Source: a virus
DNA length: 64,000 nucleotides
IMG/VR virus record: IMGVR_UViG_3300038299_000097
Coordinates: 1-64,000 of that record
Direction: 5' to 3' (one strand)
A program made the position numbers and the translations under genes. This document shows positions 48,479 to 58,314 of the stretch, in pieces (positions within the stretch are counted from its first letter, which is position 1; the number at the start of each line of letters is the position of its first letter). A model generated the notes under the pieces. The model did not search any database. It saw only the letters and a program-made list of their open reading frames with translations, and was not told where the DNA came from.

Positions 48479-49865
48479 AACACAAATAACAATGGATGAT
48501 ATGTTCAAACCCTCACCAAATGAGGGTAAGATGTTCACAGGGGTTCAGTGCCCTAAAATGTTGGAGACTTTAAAATACGTACAAGAGTTCGTAGATAAAA
48601 TGAAATCCACGTCGAAGTCTACTGAGAAGATTGAGATCCTAAAAGACCTAGGTAAAAATCATATGGTTCAGAAGGCTCTAGTGTTCACACAAGACCCTTT
48701 CCGTAAGTACCATCTAAAGTCTTCCAAGTGTCGTAAAATGGATCACCTTTGTAATCCCTCTTATAATAACCTATGGGATTTGCTCTATATGCTAACTGAG
48801 CGGCGTATCTCGGGTAATGATGCTTGTGCAGCCATGAATGGTTTCGTCAGTATATACCCAGAATATGAAGAAGTCATCTTCAGTATATTGGATAAGAATA
48901 TGAAGATCCGTTCTTCAGAGTCTACTATCAACAAGATATATCCTAAGCTGATCCCTACGTTCAAAGTGGCACTAGCACAGCCGTTCAACCCTAAGAGGGC
49001 AAATTGGGCGACTGAGACGTGGTATGGGTCGCGTAAGCTTGATGGTGTACGTTGTATTGTAATCTATAATCACGAGCTTCAGACCATCAAGGCATTGTCT
49101 CGTGAGGGTAATGAGTTCGAAACGCTACAGGTTGTTAAAGATGACATCCTAGCACTAGGTCTAACCGAGAGTATGGTGTTCGATGGTGAGATTTGCATCA
49201 TGGATGTTAACGGTGATGAGGACTTCTCAGCCGTCATGAAGGAAATCAAATGTAAGGATCACACCATCAAGAAACCCAGATACATTCTGTTCGATTGCCT
49301 AACCATGAAAGAGTTCGAGGACCTAACAAGTGTCCGTATCCTATCTGAGCGCATCAAATTCCTAAAGGATGTTATATTTCTAGGTGGGGACAACTCTGGT
49401 TGTCTAACAGTACTAGAACAGGTGGTAATCACTGATGAAGCCTGTATTGCTGAACTTGTTGATGATGCAGATAAGCGTGGTTTTGAGGGTATCATGGTTC
49501 GTAAGAATACTGTGTATGAGGGTAAGCGATCATACAATCTTCTTAAAGTTAAGAAGTTTCATGATGCCGAATACAAAGTGGTGGGTGTTGAAATTAATGA
49601 ATCATACCGAATTGTCAAGGATGGTAAGGAGATTGAAGAGCCATTACTAGCTAAGGCGGTCATCATACATAAAGGCACTGAGGTTGGTGTTGGTTCTGGT
49701 TGGTCGCAAGATCAACGTAGAAACTTCTATCACAACCCAGACCTTCTTATAGGTAGAACCATTACGGTTCAATATTTTGAAGAGACCAAGAATTCCAAGA
49801 CTGGTAAATACAGCCTTCGCTTCCCCGTAGTAAAACATATTTGGGATGCATTGAGGGACATTTAG
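48471..49865 (+). CDS. ATP-dependent DNA ligase
   Basis: KLDGVR, FDGEI, EGIMVR, YEGKRS..LLKVK, VGSG, SLRFP. Confidence 0.95.
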   Translation: MDETQITMDDMFKPSPNEGKMFTGVQCPKMLETLKYVQEFVDKMKSTSKSTEKIEILKDLGKNHMVQKALVFTQDPFRKYHLKSSKCRKMDHLCNPSYNNLWDLLYMLTERRISGNDACAAMNGFVSIYPEYEEVIFSILDKNMKIRSSESTINKIYPKLIPTFKVALAQPFNPKRANWATETWYGSRKLDGVRCIVIYNHELQTIKALSREGNEFETLQVVKDDILALGLTESMVFDGEICIMDVNGDEDFSAVMKEIKCKDHTIKKPRYILFDCLTMKEFEDLTSVRILSERIKFLKDVIFLGGDNSGCLTVLEQVVITDEACIAELVDDADKRGFEGIMVRKNTVYEGKRSYNLLKVKKFHDAEYKVVGVEINESYRIVKDGKEIEEPLLAKAVIIHKGTEVGVGSGWSQDQRRNFYHNPDLLIGRTITVQYFEETKNSKTGKYSLRFPVVKHIWDALRDI

Positions 49866-49900
49866 TATTGTAAGGATTGGCTTCTTAGGTAATTAGATAT

Positions 49901-51583
49901 ATGAGTAAGGATCTAATCAAGGTAAGAAACCCATCAATTTACCATGGTGGTTCTGTTGTACCTCGCAACAGGACCCCATTTGAAATGGCTGATGATATTT
50001 TCTGTACTTACCGAAATGCCACCACAACACCTTATCAGACATATTCACCATACAGCTCAACTACGTCAAACCTAAGCGATCTAGTAAATAAGGCTTCTAT
50101 CAAGTGTGGTGAAGATGGTGAATACGAGAGTCGGCACATATATAAATGCCATGAAGATATTCACGGCAATACATATCTCCTATTCAAGCATGATATAACC
50201 GCCTCAATAACTCATAAGAGGAATTCACTAGGCACTCTACATGTTATAGGTGCTGACGGTATAGAGTTCGAAATTCTGTTCGGGACGCTGGTTATACCAC
50301 AGGGCGAAACCGTGAAGGACGTACAAGTGTTTTATGATAAAGTTGTTATCATAACAGACACTAACATATGGCTAGGTGAGAGCGGTTCTAGAAACTTCTT
50401 CAGTATACCGTATGTATCATATGTACAGACAACCTTCAAGGATGGGAATGTGTATATACTGCACGACCCAAAAACTGAAGATATATATGATATATCAAAG
50501 TTTGATGGTAATGATATAGTACCAGTAACAACCACACCGCTTAATGATATTATAACATCTTCAAGTATGACGGTTAAGGATAACCGTATAGAATTAATTT
50601 ATATTAACACAGATTGTGGGTTTCTAACAACCAGCGAATACGACTTATTAGAAGATAAATGGAATGGGTTCCTACTCATGAACATGCATTATGAGATCAT
50701 AGGTGTCCATGATGATTCTAAAAAATGGTATGTATATTATGAAAGTAATACATTCCCTAATAGAGTTGGTGGTTTATGTATAGACTTTAACTTTGAAAAA
50801 CCACCAGTGGTGGATGGTTCAGAGTGTGGCACTACTGAAGATATAAGTATAATTTTTGATGAAATTGCTTTACCATGTCCAGATATTTCATGGGCACTTA
50901 GTTCTGTTAACACTAACGACTGGGTGGAGCATAGTACACATGATATAGAGCTTAGAGTGCAAACTTCTGTGACCTGTCTTAGTGGTACTAATAATGATAT
51001 TCAGCAGGGTATTGCATTAGGAACTATAGAAGTTCCTGCGGGTCAGTATATCACTTTAGGATGGGAGCTTGAGGGGGTTGTAGAGACACAGGATACGGGA
51101 TTTGATTTAGCATCTTATAGTGTCAATGGGGATGTCATTGCCCTTATAGAATCACAAGGTGATAGTGGTGAATGTGAACCATTTACGGTAATTAAGACGG
51201 GTACGACTATACTTCCAGAAGGTACAAATATTTTACAAGTTTTGTATGATACAGTTGATTACAAATACCATACTGAAGAATTCGGTGTAAGATTTACAAT
51301 AACTTCATGTGGTGTATTAGAAGAGGAACCAGACGTAACATCATATTATGTTTGTAGTAGTGGTTTAACTACAACAATAACAGGTAGTTTAAACATTGGA
51401 CACTTCGAGGGGTACTTCTACCTCTTTGGTGAACAGACGTTGATGACTCTCACATGGGATGGTAATGAATGGCAATTAGATACTAGTGGTGGTAGTTTTA
51501 GCGATCCAGTATCGTCCGACAGGAACGATCCGACAGGAACGACCCGACAGGGTCTGACGGTCAAGAAGGTCTCACAGTGGTAG
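49901..51583 (+). CDS. putative virion structural/adhesin protein, C-terminally truncated by a frameshift
   Basis: TAATTA-N5-ATG; beta-rich; ends just after a 14-bp duplication. Confidence 0.65.
   Translation: MSKDLIKVRNPSIYHGGSVVPRNRTPFEMADDIFCTYRNATTTPYQTYSPYSSTTSNLSDLVNKASIKCGEDGEYESRHIYKCHEDIHGNTYLLFKHDITASITHKRNSLGTLHVIGADGIEFEILFGTLVIPQGETVKDVQVFYDKVVIITDTNIWLGESGSRNFFSIPYVSYVQTTFKDGNVYILHDPKTEDIYDISKFDGNDIVPVTTTPLNDIITSSSMTVKDNRIELIYINTDCGFLTTSEYDLLEDKWNGFLLMNMHYEIIGVHDDSKKWYVYYESNTFPNRVGGLCIDFNFEKPPVVDGSECGTTEDISIIFDEIALPCPDISWALSSVNTNDWVEHSTHDIELRVQTSVTCLSGTNNDIQQGIALGTIEVPAGQYITLGWELEGVVETQDTGFDLASYSVNGDVIALIESQGDSGECEPFTVIKTGTTILPEGTNILQVLYDTVDYKYHTEEFGVRFTITSCGVLEEEPDVTSYYVCSSGLTTTITGSLNIGHFEGYFYLFGEQTLMTLTWDGNEWQLDTSGGSFSDPVSSDRNDPTGTTRQGLTVKKVSQW
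51516..51551 (+). repeat. 14-bp tandem duplication causing a frameshift
   Basis: CCGACAGGAACGAT-CCGACAGGAACGAC-CCGACAGG. Confidence 0.9.
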
Positions 51584-52236
51584 CTGATTCATTGGAGTGT
51601 ATTAGTCCACCACTTACAGGCTGTGCAGGATTTGATACAACCTCATACTTCATCAGCCCAGAGAACCCTATTAGTGGGGTAAATGATTTTTGTATAGAAG
51701 TAGTAGGTGATCACACCACTGGTATATTTACCGATGGAGGTTTTTGGTCTATCGAATGGGATGGTGTAAGTGGATAGGTCATGTTAGATCCTGTAGCGGG
51801 TAGTGATATACCAGACCCTCACGGTAATGAAAAGGGTGAATATTGTCCAGAGGGTATATATTCATTCTTACAGGCTAGTGGTAATAATAACAATAACCAA
51901 ATTGTAACTTCGACATGTCCATTCGATGTTAACATATAGGAATATAATGCAAATTTAACATGGTATGATATCAATGGTGATTTTGAATCATCAGAAGTTG
52001 TAACTATGACAGGGTCAACCCTAAACGGTGAATACTTCGGTGCCACAGCACTAGGTGATGATGTTTCACTATACTGGGATGGTAGTAAATGGATTGTTGA
52101 AATGATGATGCCTACACCACCATATACACCACTAGACGTTGGTTCAATTATTAGGAATGATGCATTGGGTAATTATACACCAAGTGCCCCCTCTGGTGCA
52201 TTCCCTAGATGGGAGGCTGATATTGTATTACCTTAA
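51544..52236 (+). pseudogene. decayed 3' continuation of the 49901 gene
   Basis: A single frame, restored by deleting one 14-bp unit, runs to TAA 52236 with two internal TAG (51775, 51937) and WDG..W repeat modules. Confidence 0.75.
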
Positions 52237-52802
52237 TCTAGTATGACATCGATACGCTCCAGTACACGTTTATATGTACTCGGAGCCGTATCAGTCTTTC
52301 TATTAGGGCTGATCATCTGGTGTGTTATAATATCCCTCTTCTTAATACCAAACTTCTTCATGAGATACACACACTTGTGGGCGCATGAATCTATTTCTAC
52401 ATCACTAGCATGTCTCTTACGAGTATTACCCCAGAACGCGACACCTATGGAATGACTATTTAAACCATTAATACCATCCCACTTGGATACACCAGCGTGC
52501 CAAGCCTTTCTGGTATTTCGAACAAACTGTGTTCTATTCCCGTCAGCATCTATAAGATAGTGGTAGCTAACCTTAGACACAGGGTCTTGAATCCACGATA
52601 CACCGCCGATGTATGAACCTTCTGAGTCGTGGAGTACGATATACTTGGGGGTTATGCTGCCGCTCTGGTGAGGACTACGTTTGAATACTTCTTTATAAGG
52701 GTCAGATTTTGACACAACAACTTTAGGCTTAGTAACAACAGGTGGTGTGGTCGATTTGCGGGTTTTGAACAGACCTTTGAATAGTTTTAGAAAAATGTTC
52801 AT
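52233..52802 (-). CDS. N-acetylmuramoyl-L-alanine amidase (Amidase_2; endolysin or lysis-related)
   Basis: IVLH, VSYHYLI, AWHAG.S, N..SIG, H..ISP.RK.D; TAATTA-N5-ATG. Confidence 0.9.
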   Translation of the reverse strand: MNIFLKLFKGLFKTRKSTTPPVVTKPKVVVSKSDPYKEVFKRSPHQSGSITPKYIVLHDSEGSYIGGVSWIQDPVSKVSYHYLIDADGNRTQFVRNTRKAWHAGVSKWDGINGLNSHSIGVAFWGNTRKRHASDVEIDSCAHKCVYLMKKFGIKKRDIITHQMISPNRKTDTAPSTYKRVLERIDVILD

Positions 52803-52860
52803 ATTAATAATTATACATTAACCCTTGTAATTGTATAAACAGTGTGTATAATCATTGAAC

Positions 52861-53061
52861 ATGATAGATGAAATAAGGAAATCAACGGTAAATGCTTATC
52901 AAAAGTTATGTCAAAGATTGAAAATACCCAACTGGCAGAAGGAGGTTTTCATGGGGAATGCTATGGAAATCCTAGTTAAGCTTGAGAAAAGAGTCGAAGA
53001 ACTTGAGAAGGCTAATAAGTCACTCAAAGAAGAACTCAACAATAAAAAAGATAAATCGTAA
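52861..53061 (+). CDS. small coiled-coil protein
   Basis: ATG 52861 downstream of TTGTAA...TATAAT. Confidence 0.55.
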   Translation: MIDEIRKSTVNAYQKLCQRLKIPNWQKEVFMGNAMEILVKLEKRVEELEKANKSLKEELNNKKDKS

Positions 53062-53062
53062 C

Positions 53063-53974
53063 ATGTCAGTATTAGATACACTATGGTTTGAGAAATACAG
53101 ACCTAATAAATTAGATGATCTCATTCTTGACCCAGAAGTCAAGAAGCGTATACAGAACTTCGTAGATGCTAAAGCCATCCCACATCTTCTATTGGTGGGT
53201 AGTGCAGGTATTGGTAAGACTAGTCTAGCCAAGATACTTATCGATGAGGTATTAAACTGTGAAGCACTAACTATCAATGCCTCGGATGAAGGGGGTATCG
53301 ATACCATTCGTACCAAAGTGAAGGATTTTGCCAGTTGTGTATCCTTCGACGGTGGTCTTAAAGTCGTAGTATTTGGAGAGGCTGATGGCTTATCCAAAGC
53401 TGCACAAGATTCACTCAAGGAAATCATCGAGGATTGCTCGGGTACAACTCGTTTCATATTCACAGCCAATGATATATCTAAGTTGTCCGAGCCTATTGTC
53501 AGCCGTTGTCAGAGGTTTGATATTAAATTCTCTGAGAAGTCCTATGTTAAAGCTTGTGCAAATGTTCTCAAGACAGAGGGTGTGACGTTTGTACCAACGG
53601 ATCTACTAAAATTGCTTCGATCATGTTATCCAGACTTTCGTCTAGCCATTGGCGAGATGCAGTCTAATGTTATCGATGGTGCGTTTGTATTACCAGATAA
53701 GGTCAATATCAGTTTTGCAGGGGAGTTGTGGGAAATGATCAAACAGAACCCACCAGAGGAGGTCAGAGCATTCTGTATTAACAATCCGTCTAAATTCAGT
53801 GATCATTGCTCATTAATGATAGACCTTGTTAAACATGCATCAATACATTTCGATATATCAGAGACGAGAAAACTCGTCCTTATATTGAACGAGTTCCTTG
53901 TAAAAGACTCAGCGGTGGTTAACAAAGAGATTAACTTCTTCTGTTGTCTTATATCTATTTGTGAATTGTATTAA
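53063..53974 (+). CDS. clamp loader ATPase subunit (T4 gp44/RFC-like)
   Basis: WFEKYRP, GSAGIGKT, INASD, EADGL, SRC, PDFR; Walker B reads GEAD. Confidence 0.92.
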   Translation: MSVLDTLWFEKYRPNKLDDLILDPEVKKRIQNFVDAKAIPHLLLVGSAGIGKTSLAKILIDEVLNCEALTINASDEGGIDTIRTKVKDFASCVSFDGGLKVVVFGEADGLSKAAQDSLKEIIEDCSGTTRFIFTANDISKLSEPIVSRCQRFDIKFSEKSYVKACANVLKTEGVTFVPTDLLKLLRSCYPDFRLAIGEMQSNVIDGAFVLPDKVNISFAGELWEMIKQNPPEEVRAFCINNPSKFSDHCSLMIDLVKHASIHFDISETRKLVLILNEFLVKDSAVVNKEINFFCCLISICELY

Positions 53975-54376
53975 CTATTTATTCTCGGCCTTCAAAGGTT
54001 CTGGCTCACCGTTGCGATCACTCTTATTAGTGTGCTTCCATGAGTCAGGAATCGAAGGTGGTTGGGCATATCCTATAACTTTAAGATGTTTAACTGGTAC
54101 AGTGATTTTGCGTGGGTATAGACCACTAGCCATTTCCTGCCCAATGACAACTGAAAACGTATTAGGTTGATTGCGACCATCTTCAGCAGTAGAACTAACA
54201 ACTTCAAGAACTTTAATATTTAGATCATCAGCCTTGAATTCTTCAAGTTCTTTGATATAATCTTCAGTAGCACCATCAACCTTAGTATCAAGAATTTTAA
54301 CATAGTCTTGGATTTGGATACCACCAAAGTTAAATCTGTCTAGTGTGTGTTCGAACAATGCTTGGAAATGCTTCAT
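53975..54376 (-). CDS. late hypothetical protein
   Basis: TAATTA-N5-ATG; MKHFQALFE N-terminus. Confidence 0.65.
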   Translation of the reverse strand: MKHFQALFEHTLDRFNFGGIQIQDYVKILDTKVDGATEDYIKELEEFKADDLNIKVLEVVSSTAEDGRNQPNTFSVVIGQEMASGLYPRKITVPVKHLKVIGYAQPPSIPDSWKHTNKSDRNGEPEPLKAENK

Positions 54377-54435
54377 ACTACTAATTATATTACCAGTTGA
54401 CTATTATAAACAAAAACACTATTTAAAATTACATT

Positions 54436-55839
54436 ATGTATAAACCGAAAAAGACGATCACACCAAAGAGTGGGTCAAAAACAGAGACGATCCTCAAATT
54501 CCTATTAGGAACGGGTGGAAACGCAGACTATAAGTCATACATCGAAATTGCTGATACCATCACCGATGCCACAGGTGTTGTTATCAACCGAAGAGTAGTA
54601 TGTAATGCCGTATTGCGATACAACGAAGGATTATTCATTGTAGATGGTAAGACCGTCGAAGACACTGGTAAGCTTTCACCTCTTGATAAGAAACCCAAAG
54701 CTTCTCAAGATCTAAACACTTCATATGGGTGTACAGACTCTGTTAGTAATATTGAACATGATGAGTCTATTGATGTTGTGATCGATGAAGAATCATCCAA
54801 CCCAGAAGATGTTAAAACCTTCAAACAGATTTGTATCGAAGAGGGTATTGACCCAGCAGATGCGGCGGGTGGTTGGGTTAAGACTAAGAATCTATCGGTT
54901 CGTATCAAAACCAAGGAAGATACCTCAGATGAATTGGGTAAGTTGTTAGATGCAGCCGAGGAACTTATCAATAAGGATTTCTGGCACGTTGCACCGAGGT
55001 TGAAAGCGAAGGGTAGTAATATTGGTGTGGTGCATATTAGTGACCTACATTTGGGTGCATGGGTTAAGGGGTTGGTCAAGACACCCGACTATGATTTGAA
55101 CATCCTTAAGAATAAACTATTGGATGCAGTTGATACTGTTAATGCAATGGGGTACGCAGAAGTACATGTTAATTGTTATGGTGATCTCATTGAGGGGTTT
55201 GGTTCAAATCACCCCAACTCTTGGAAAGAGATGGAAAATGGAATTCATGGTGTCGAGGCTATTAAGTTGGTACACCAAGTGTTCACTGAGTTCTTCCTTG
55301 ATCGTATCAACAACATCGCCAAAGTTAATATGGTTGGTGGAAATCATGATAGAACCACCGAAAACAATAAGGAGGACACGAAGGGTGGTGTAGCAGATCT
55401 TGTGGCTGCTATGTTGCGCCTCAGTGGTTATGACGTTACATTCTCTCCACTAGTGGTACCTGTAGAAATTGATGGTATTATGTATATCATGCTACATGGT
55501 GATAAGGGCGTGTCTAAGCGTTCTACCTCTGATATCATCTGTAGTTATGGTAAGCTTAAGAAGCCTGTTATCGAACATGGTAAGATCGTTGAGAAGAAGA
55601 TGTTTAACTTCGTGTTAGAGGGTCATCTCCACTCACGCATCCAGCGAATGAGTGCTGGTGCTATCGATAAGTTTAAGATCGTCACTGATGATTCTATTGA
55701 TATGCGTAGACAGGTTCTACCATCCATCTTCACAGGTAACAGCTACTCTGAGGATAACAATTGGTTCTCAAACAGTGGTATTGTAATCACACATAATAAC
55801 GGACGTGGTGTCCCTTGTGTACTAGACCTCCCAATATAA
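54436..55839 (+). CDS. calcineurin-like metallophosphoesterase with an N-terminal extension
   Basis: SDLHLG, GDLIE, GNHD, HGD and GHLH motifs. Confidence 0.8.
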   Translation: MYKPKKTITPKSGSKTETILKFLLGTGGNADYKSYIEIADTITDATGVVINRRVVCNAVLRYNEGLFIVDGKTVEDTGKLSPLDKKPKASQDLNTSYGCTDSVSNIEHDESIDVVIDEESSNPEDVKTFKQICIEEGIDPADAAGGWVKTKNLSVRIKTKEDTSDELGKLLDAAEELINKDFWHVAPRLKAKGSNIGVVHISDLHLGAWVKGLVKTPDYDLNILKNKLLDAVDTVNAMGYAEVHVNCYGDLIEGFGSNHPNSWKEMENGIHGVEAIKLVHQVFTEFFLDRINNIAKVNMVGGNHDRTTENNKEDTKGGVADLVAAMLRLSGYDVTFSPLVVPVEIDGIMYIMLHGDKGVSKRSTSDIICSYGKLKKPVIEHGKIVEKKMFNFVLEGHLHSRIQRMSAGAIDKFKIVTDDSIDMRRQVLPSIFTGNSYSEDNNWFSNSGIVITHNNGRGVPCVLDLPI

Positions 55840-55909
55840 TATTCATAATTATTTTAACCAACCATCCAGAATTTAGTTGTTTTGTGTGGTTGGTTACATA
55901 ATTAATTAT

Positions 55910-56992
55910 ATGTCTAAAAGAAAAACTAGAGAAGAATGGGTTGATAGGTTTGTTGAAATACATGGTAGTAAATATGATTATTCAAAGGCTGAGTTTAAGA
56001 CTGCGGTTGATAAAATATCTATAGGTTGTTGTGTTCATGGGAACTTTACCCAAACCCCCCATGACCATGCGAGAGGTAGGGGTTGTAAGTTATGTGGTTA
56101 TACCAAATCTATTAGTGATTGGTTGGATGATTTCAAAATGGTACACGGTGATTTGTATGATTACACAAATTCCGAGTTTAAAGGGTTTCGCGTTAAAATA
56201 AGTATAGGTTGTAGTAAACACGGTATATTCAAACAAAGTCCTAATGCCCATAAAAGTGGTAAAGGGTGTCCAAAATGTTCGATAAAAATTTCAGATGATT
56301 GGTTGGATGATTTCAAAATGGTACACGGTGATTTGTATGATTACACAAATTCCGAGTTTAAAGGGGGTCGCGTCAAAATAAGTATAGGTTGTAATAAACA
56401 CGGTATATTCAAACAGACACCCACATCTCATAGAGGGGGTAATGGGTGTCCTACATGTAGTCATATTACTAGAACGGCAGTACTTACAAAACCTCACGCC
56501 ATATACTTATTAGAATTTGTTGAAATTCATGGTGATTTATATGATTATAAAAATTCTGATATAACAAGTAGCCACAATCCAATATCTATAAGTTGTTCTA
56601 AGCATGGTGTTTTCCTGCAAAGCCCCCACAATCATAAAAAAGGGCACGGGTGTCCTACTTGTAGATCAAGTAAGGGGGAGAAAATAGTTAGGGGTATATT
56701 GGGTGATAACAATATCAAGTTTGTCGAACAGAAACGGTTTGATGGTTGTGTTAATAGGAAGTGTTTACCATTTGATTTCTACACAGAGTGTGGTAAACTT
56801 ATAGAATATCAAGGAAAACAACACAGGGAATCTGTTAAACACTTTGGTGGGCTGGATCAACTTAAGAAACAACAGCGTAATGACGCTATTAAGAGAGAAT
56901 ACTGTAAAACTAACAACATACCATTACTGGAGGTGTGGTTTGATGATAAAGATCCAGAACAAACAATTAAAGATTTTCTAAACAATAATTAA
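55910..56992 (+). CDS. free-standing homing-endonuclease-like protein (four Zn-binding DUF723-like repeats plus a C-terminal PD-(D/E)XK/Vsr-like nuclease)
   Basis: HG..YDY...I.C.KHG.F.Q.P..H..G.GC..C x4; S.GE, LPFDFY, IEYQG.QH, D..K..YC; start ATG 55910 after TAATTA-N5. Confidence 0.8.
   Translation: MSKRKTREEWVDRFVEIHGSKYDYSKAEFKTAVDKISIGCCVHGNFTQTPHDHARGRGCKLCGYTKSISDWLDDFKMVHGDLYDYTNSEFKGFRVKISIGCSKHGIFKQSPNAHKSGKGCPKCSIKISDDWLDDFKMVHGDLYDYTNSEFKGGRVKISIGCNKHGIFKQTPTSHRGGNGCPTCSHITRTAVLTKPHAIYLLEFVEIHGDLYDYKNSDITSSHNPISISCSKHGVFLQSPHNHKKGHGCPTCRSSKGEKIVRGILGDNNIKFVEQKRFDGCVNRKCLPFDFYTECGKLIEYQGKQHRESVKHFGGLDQLKKQQRNDAIKREYCKTNNIPLLEVWFDDKDPEQTIKDFLNNN
56116..56415 (+). repeat. near-identical ~120-bp direct repeats at 180-bp period (recent domain duplication)
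   Basis: TGATTGGTTGGATGATTTCAAAATGGTACACGG... at 56116 and 56296. Confidence 0.9.
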
Positions 56993-56993
56993 T

Positions 56994-57404
56994 ATGAAAC
57001 TAAAAGAATGGGCACGACAAGAAGGTGTCAATTACAGAACAGCAGTCGATTGGTTCCATGCAGGTAGGCTACCTGTTAGGGCTACACAGTCTATATCGGG
57101 TACTATCACCATAGACCCACCAACAGCATACATTTATGCTAGGGTTGATAACGAGGATCAAGATATACAACACCAAATAGATACAGTTGATGTATTCTGC
57201 AAGGTTAATAAATGGGATTATAACCTTGTCATAGAGGATGTAGCTCCCAATACAGACGAATCCAGAGCGGGGCTTGATAAACTACTATCACTGAAAGATG
57301 CTAGGGTGGTGGTTCTCAAAGGGGAAGTATTAGCACACAGTGGTGTAACGTACATTGAAAAGTGTATTACCAATAATGGTGGACAATTGATAATAATGGG
57401 GTAA
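56994..57404 (+). CDS. IS607 TnpA-derived protein (HTH plus serine-recombinase fold), catalytically degenerate
   Basis: MKL.EWA...GV.Y.TA..WF..G.LP...Q..SGTI; YARVD where YARVS is expected. Confidence 0.75.
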   Translation: MKLKEWARQEGVNYRTAVDWFHAGRLPVRATQSISGTITIDPPTAYIYARVDNEDQDIQHQIDTVDVFCKVNKWDYNLVIEDVAPNTDESRAGLDKLLSLKDARVVVLKGEVLAHSGVTYIEKCITNNGGQLIIMG

Positions 57405-57413
57405 TATAGTATT

Positions 57414-57662
57414 ATGGATAAAAAATTAAAAGGTGCTTGGATGACTAATAACCCCAAATCCCTATTGTCATGGTATCCTAGACGGGCAGTATTGCTCCGC
57501 GAGGGTTCTCCCAAGGCAACCAGTGAATACACCGTAGAGGAATTCAAGGCTATGGGTATGGTAGGAATATACCTAGACGAAGATGTGGAAGATCTTAGTA
57601 GCATGAAAATGTGTACTAACAGGAATGAGTATATGAAGAATTTAAGAGAAAGAGGATTATGA
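57414..57662 (+). CDS. hypothetical protein
   Basis: ORF track. Confidence 0.55.
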   Translation: MDKKLKGAWMTNNPKSLLSWYPRRAVLLREGSPKATSEYTVEEFKAMGMVGIYLDEDVEDLSSMKMCTNRNEYMKNLRERGL

Positions 57663-58267
57663 GTAAATTTATGGAAAGTATAAAAAAGGTTGAGGACACC
57701 ACTAGTGGTTATACTCAAGAAATGTCGGATTGGTCTGAAGCCAGAACAAGTAAACACATTGGTTTTGTTAGAGGGTTTATTGATAAACTCCCCGACATGA
57801 TACCTAGTGAGAAGGAAGATCGAAAGCGAAATCACGACCAATCCAAGTTTAAGTCACCAGAGTACGAACCGTATATTTGGATAAATTGGAAGTATAAGTG
57901 CCTCGATGACGGGGTTAATTTCGACGACTACAACCCACCAAGTGATTTAGCCGACCAGATGAACACCGCGACTCATCATCATATTACTAACAATACTCAC
58001 CACCCCGAGTATCATTCACCAGATCAAACCGATCTACTCAATCGTGATGATCGTGATAAACCACCCGAGAAAATGGTTGATGCTACGGCAATGCCAGATG
58101 GTGACATCATGGAAATGTGTTGTGACTGGGCTGGTATGAGTCAAGAGCGTGGTGGTGATCCAAGTGATTGGGCTAAGAAGAATGTGAATGTCAGATGGAA
58201 ATTTGATAAGGAACAGGAGGCTTTGATCTACTCCACTTTGGATGCAATTTGGGAAACTGAAAAATAA
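57659..58267 (+). CDS. HD-like His-rich putative phosphohydrolase (DUF5662-like)
   Basis: H, HD.SK...E, HH...N.HHPEY, MP...EM.CDW. Confidence 0.65.
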   Translation: MSKFMESIKKVEDTTSGYTQEMSDWSEARTSKHIGFVRGFIDKLPDMIPSEKEDRKRNHDQSKFKSPEYEPYIWINWKYKCLDDGVNFDDYNPPSDLADQMNTATHHHITNNTHHPEYHSPDQTDLLNRDDRDKPPEKMVDATAMPDGDIMEMCCDWAGMSQERGGDPSDWAKKNVNVRWKFDKEQEALIYSTLDAIWETEK

Positions 58268-58280
58268 ATGCAATTAGATG

Positions 58281-58308
58281 TTGACTTACCCCTGTGTTTA
58301 GTTACAAC
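58281..58308 (+). promoter_or_regulatory. early-type promoter, probably leaderless, overlapped by an inverted repeat
   Basis: TTGACT-N16-TACAAC-N6-ATG; CCCCTGT...ACAGGGG. Confidence 0.55.
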
Positions 58309-58314
58309 AGGGGC

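Noticed and set aside
51775-51939. Genome-wide TAG recoding (also suggested by an in-frame TAG near 657)
   Set aside because: Long late genes contain no internal TAG, and several conserved genes (uvsX, SSB, ligase) end at TAG at expected positions; local nonsense mutation is simpler.
56994-57404. Active IS607 insertion sequence
   Set aside because: Catalytic residues are lost, there is no tnpB, and no element ends are recognisable.
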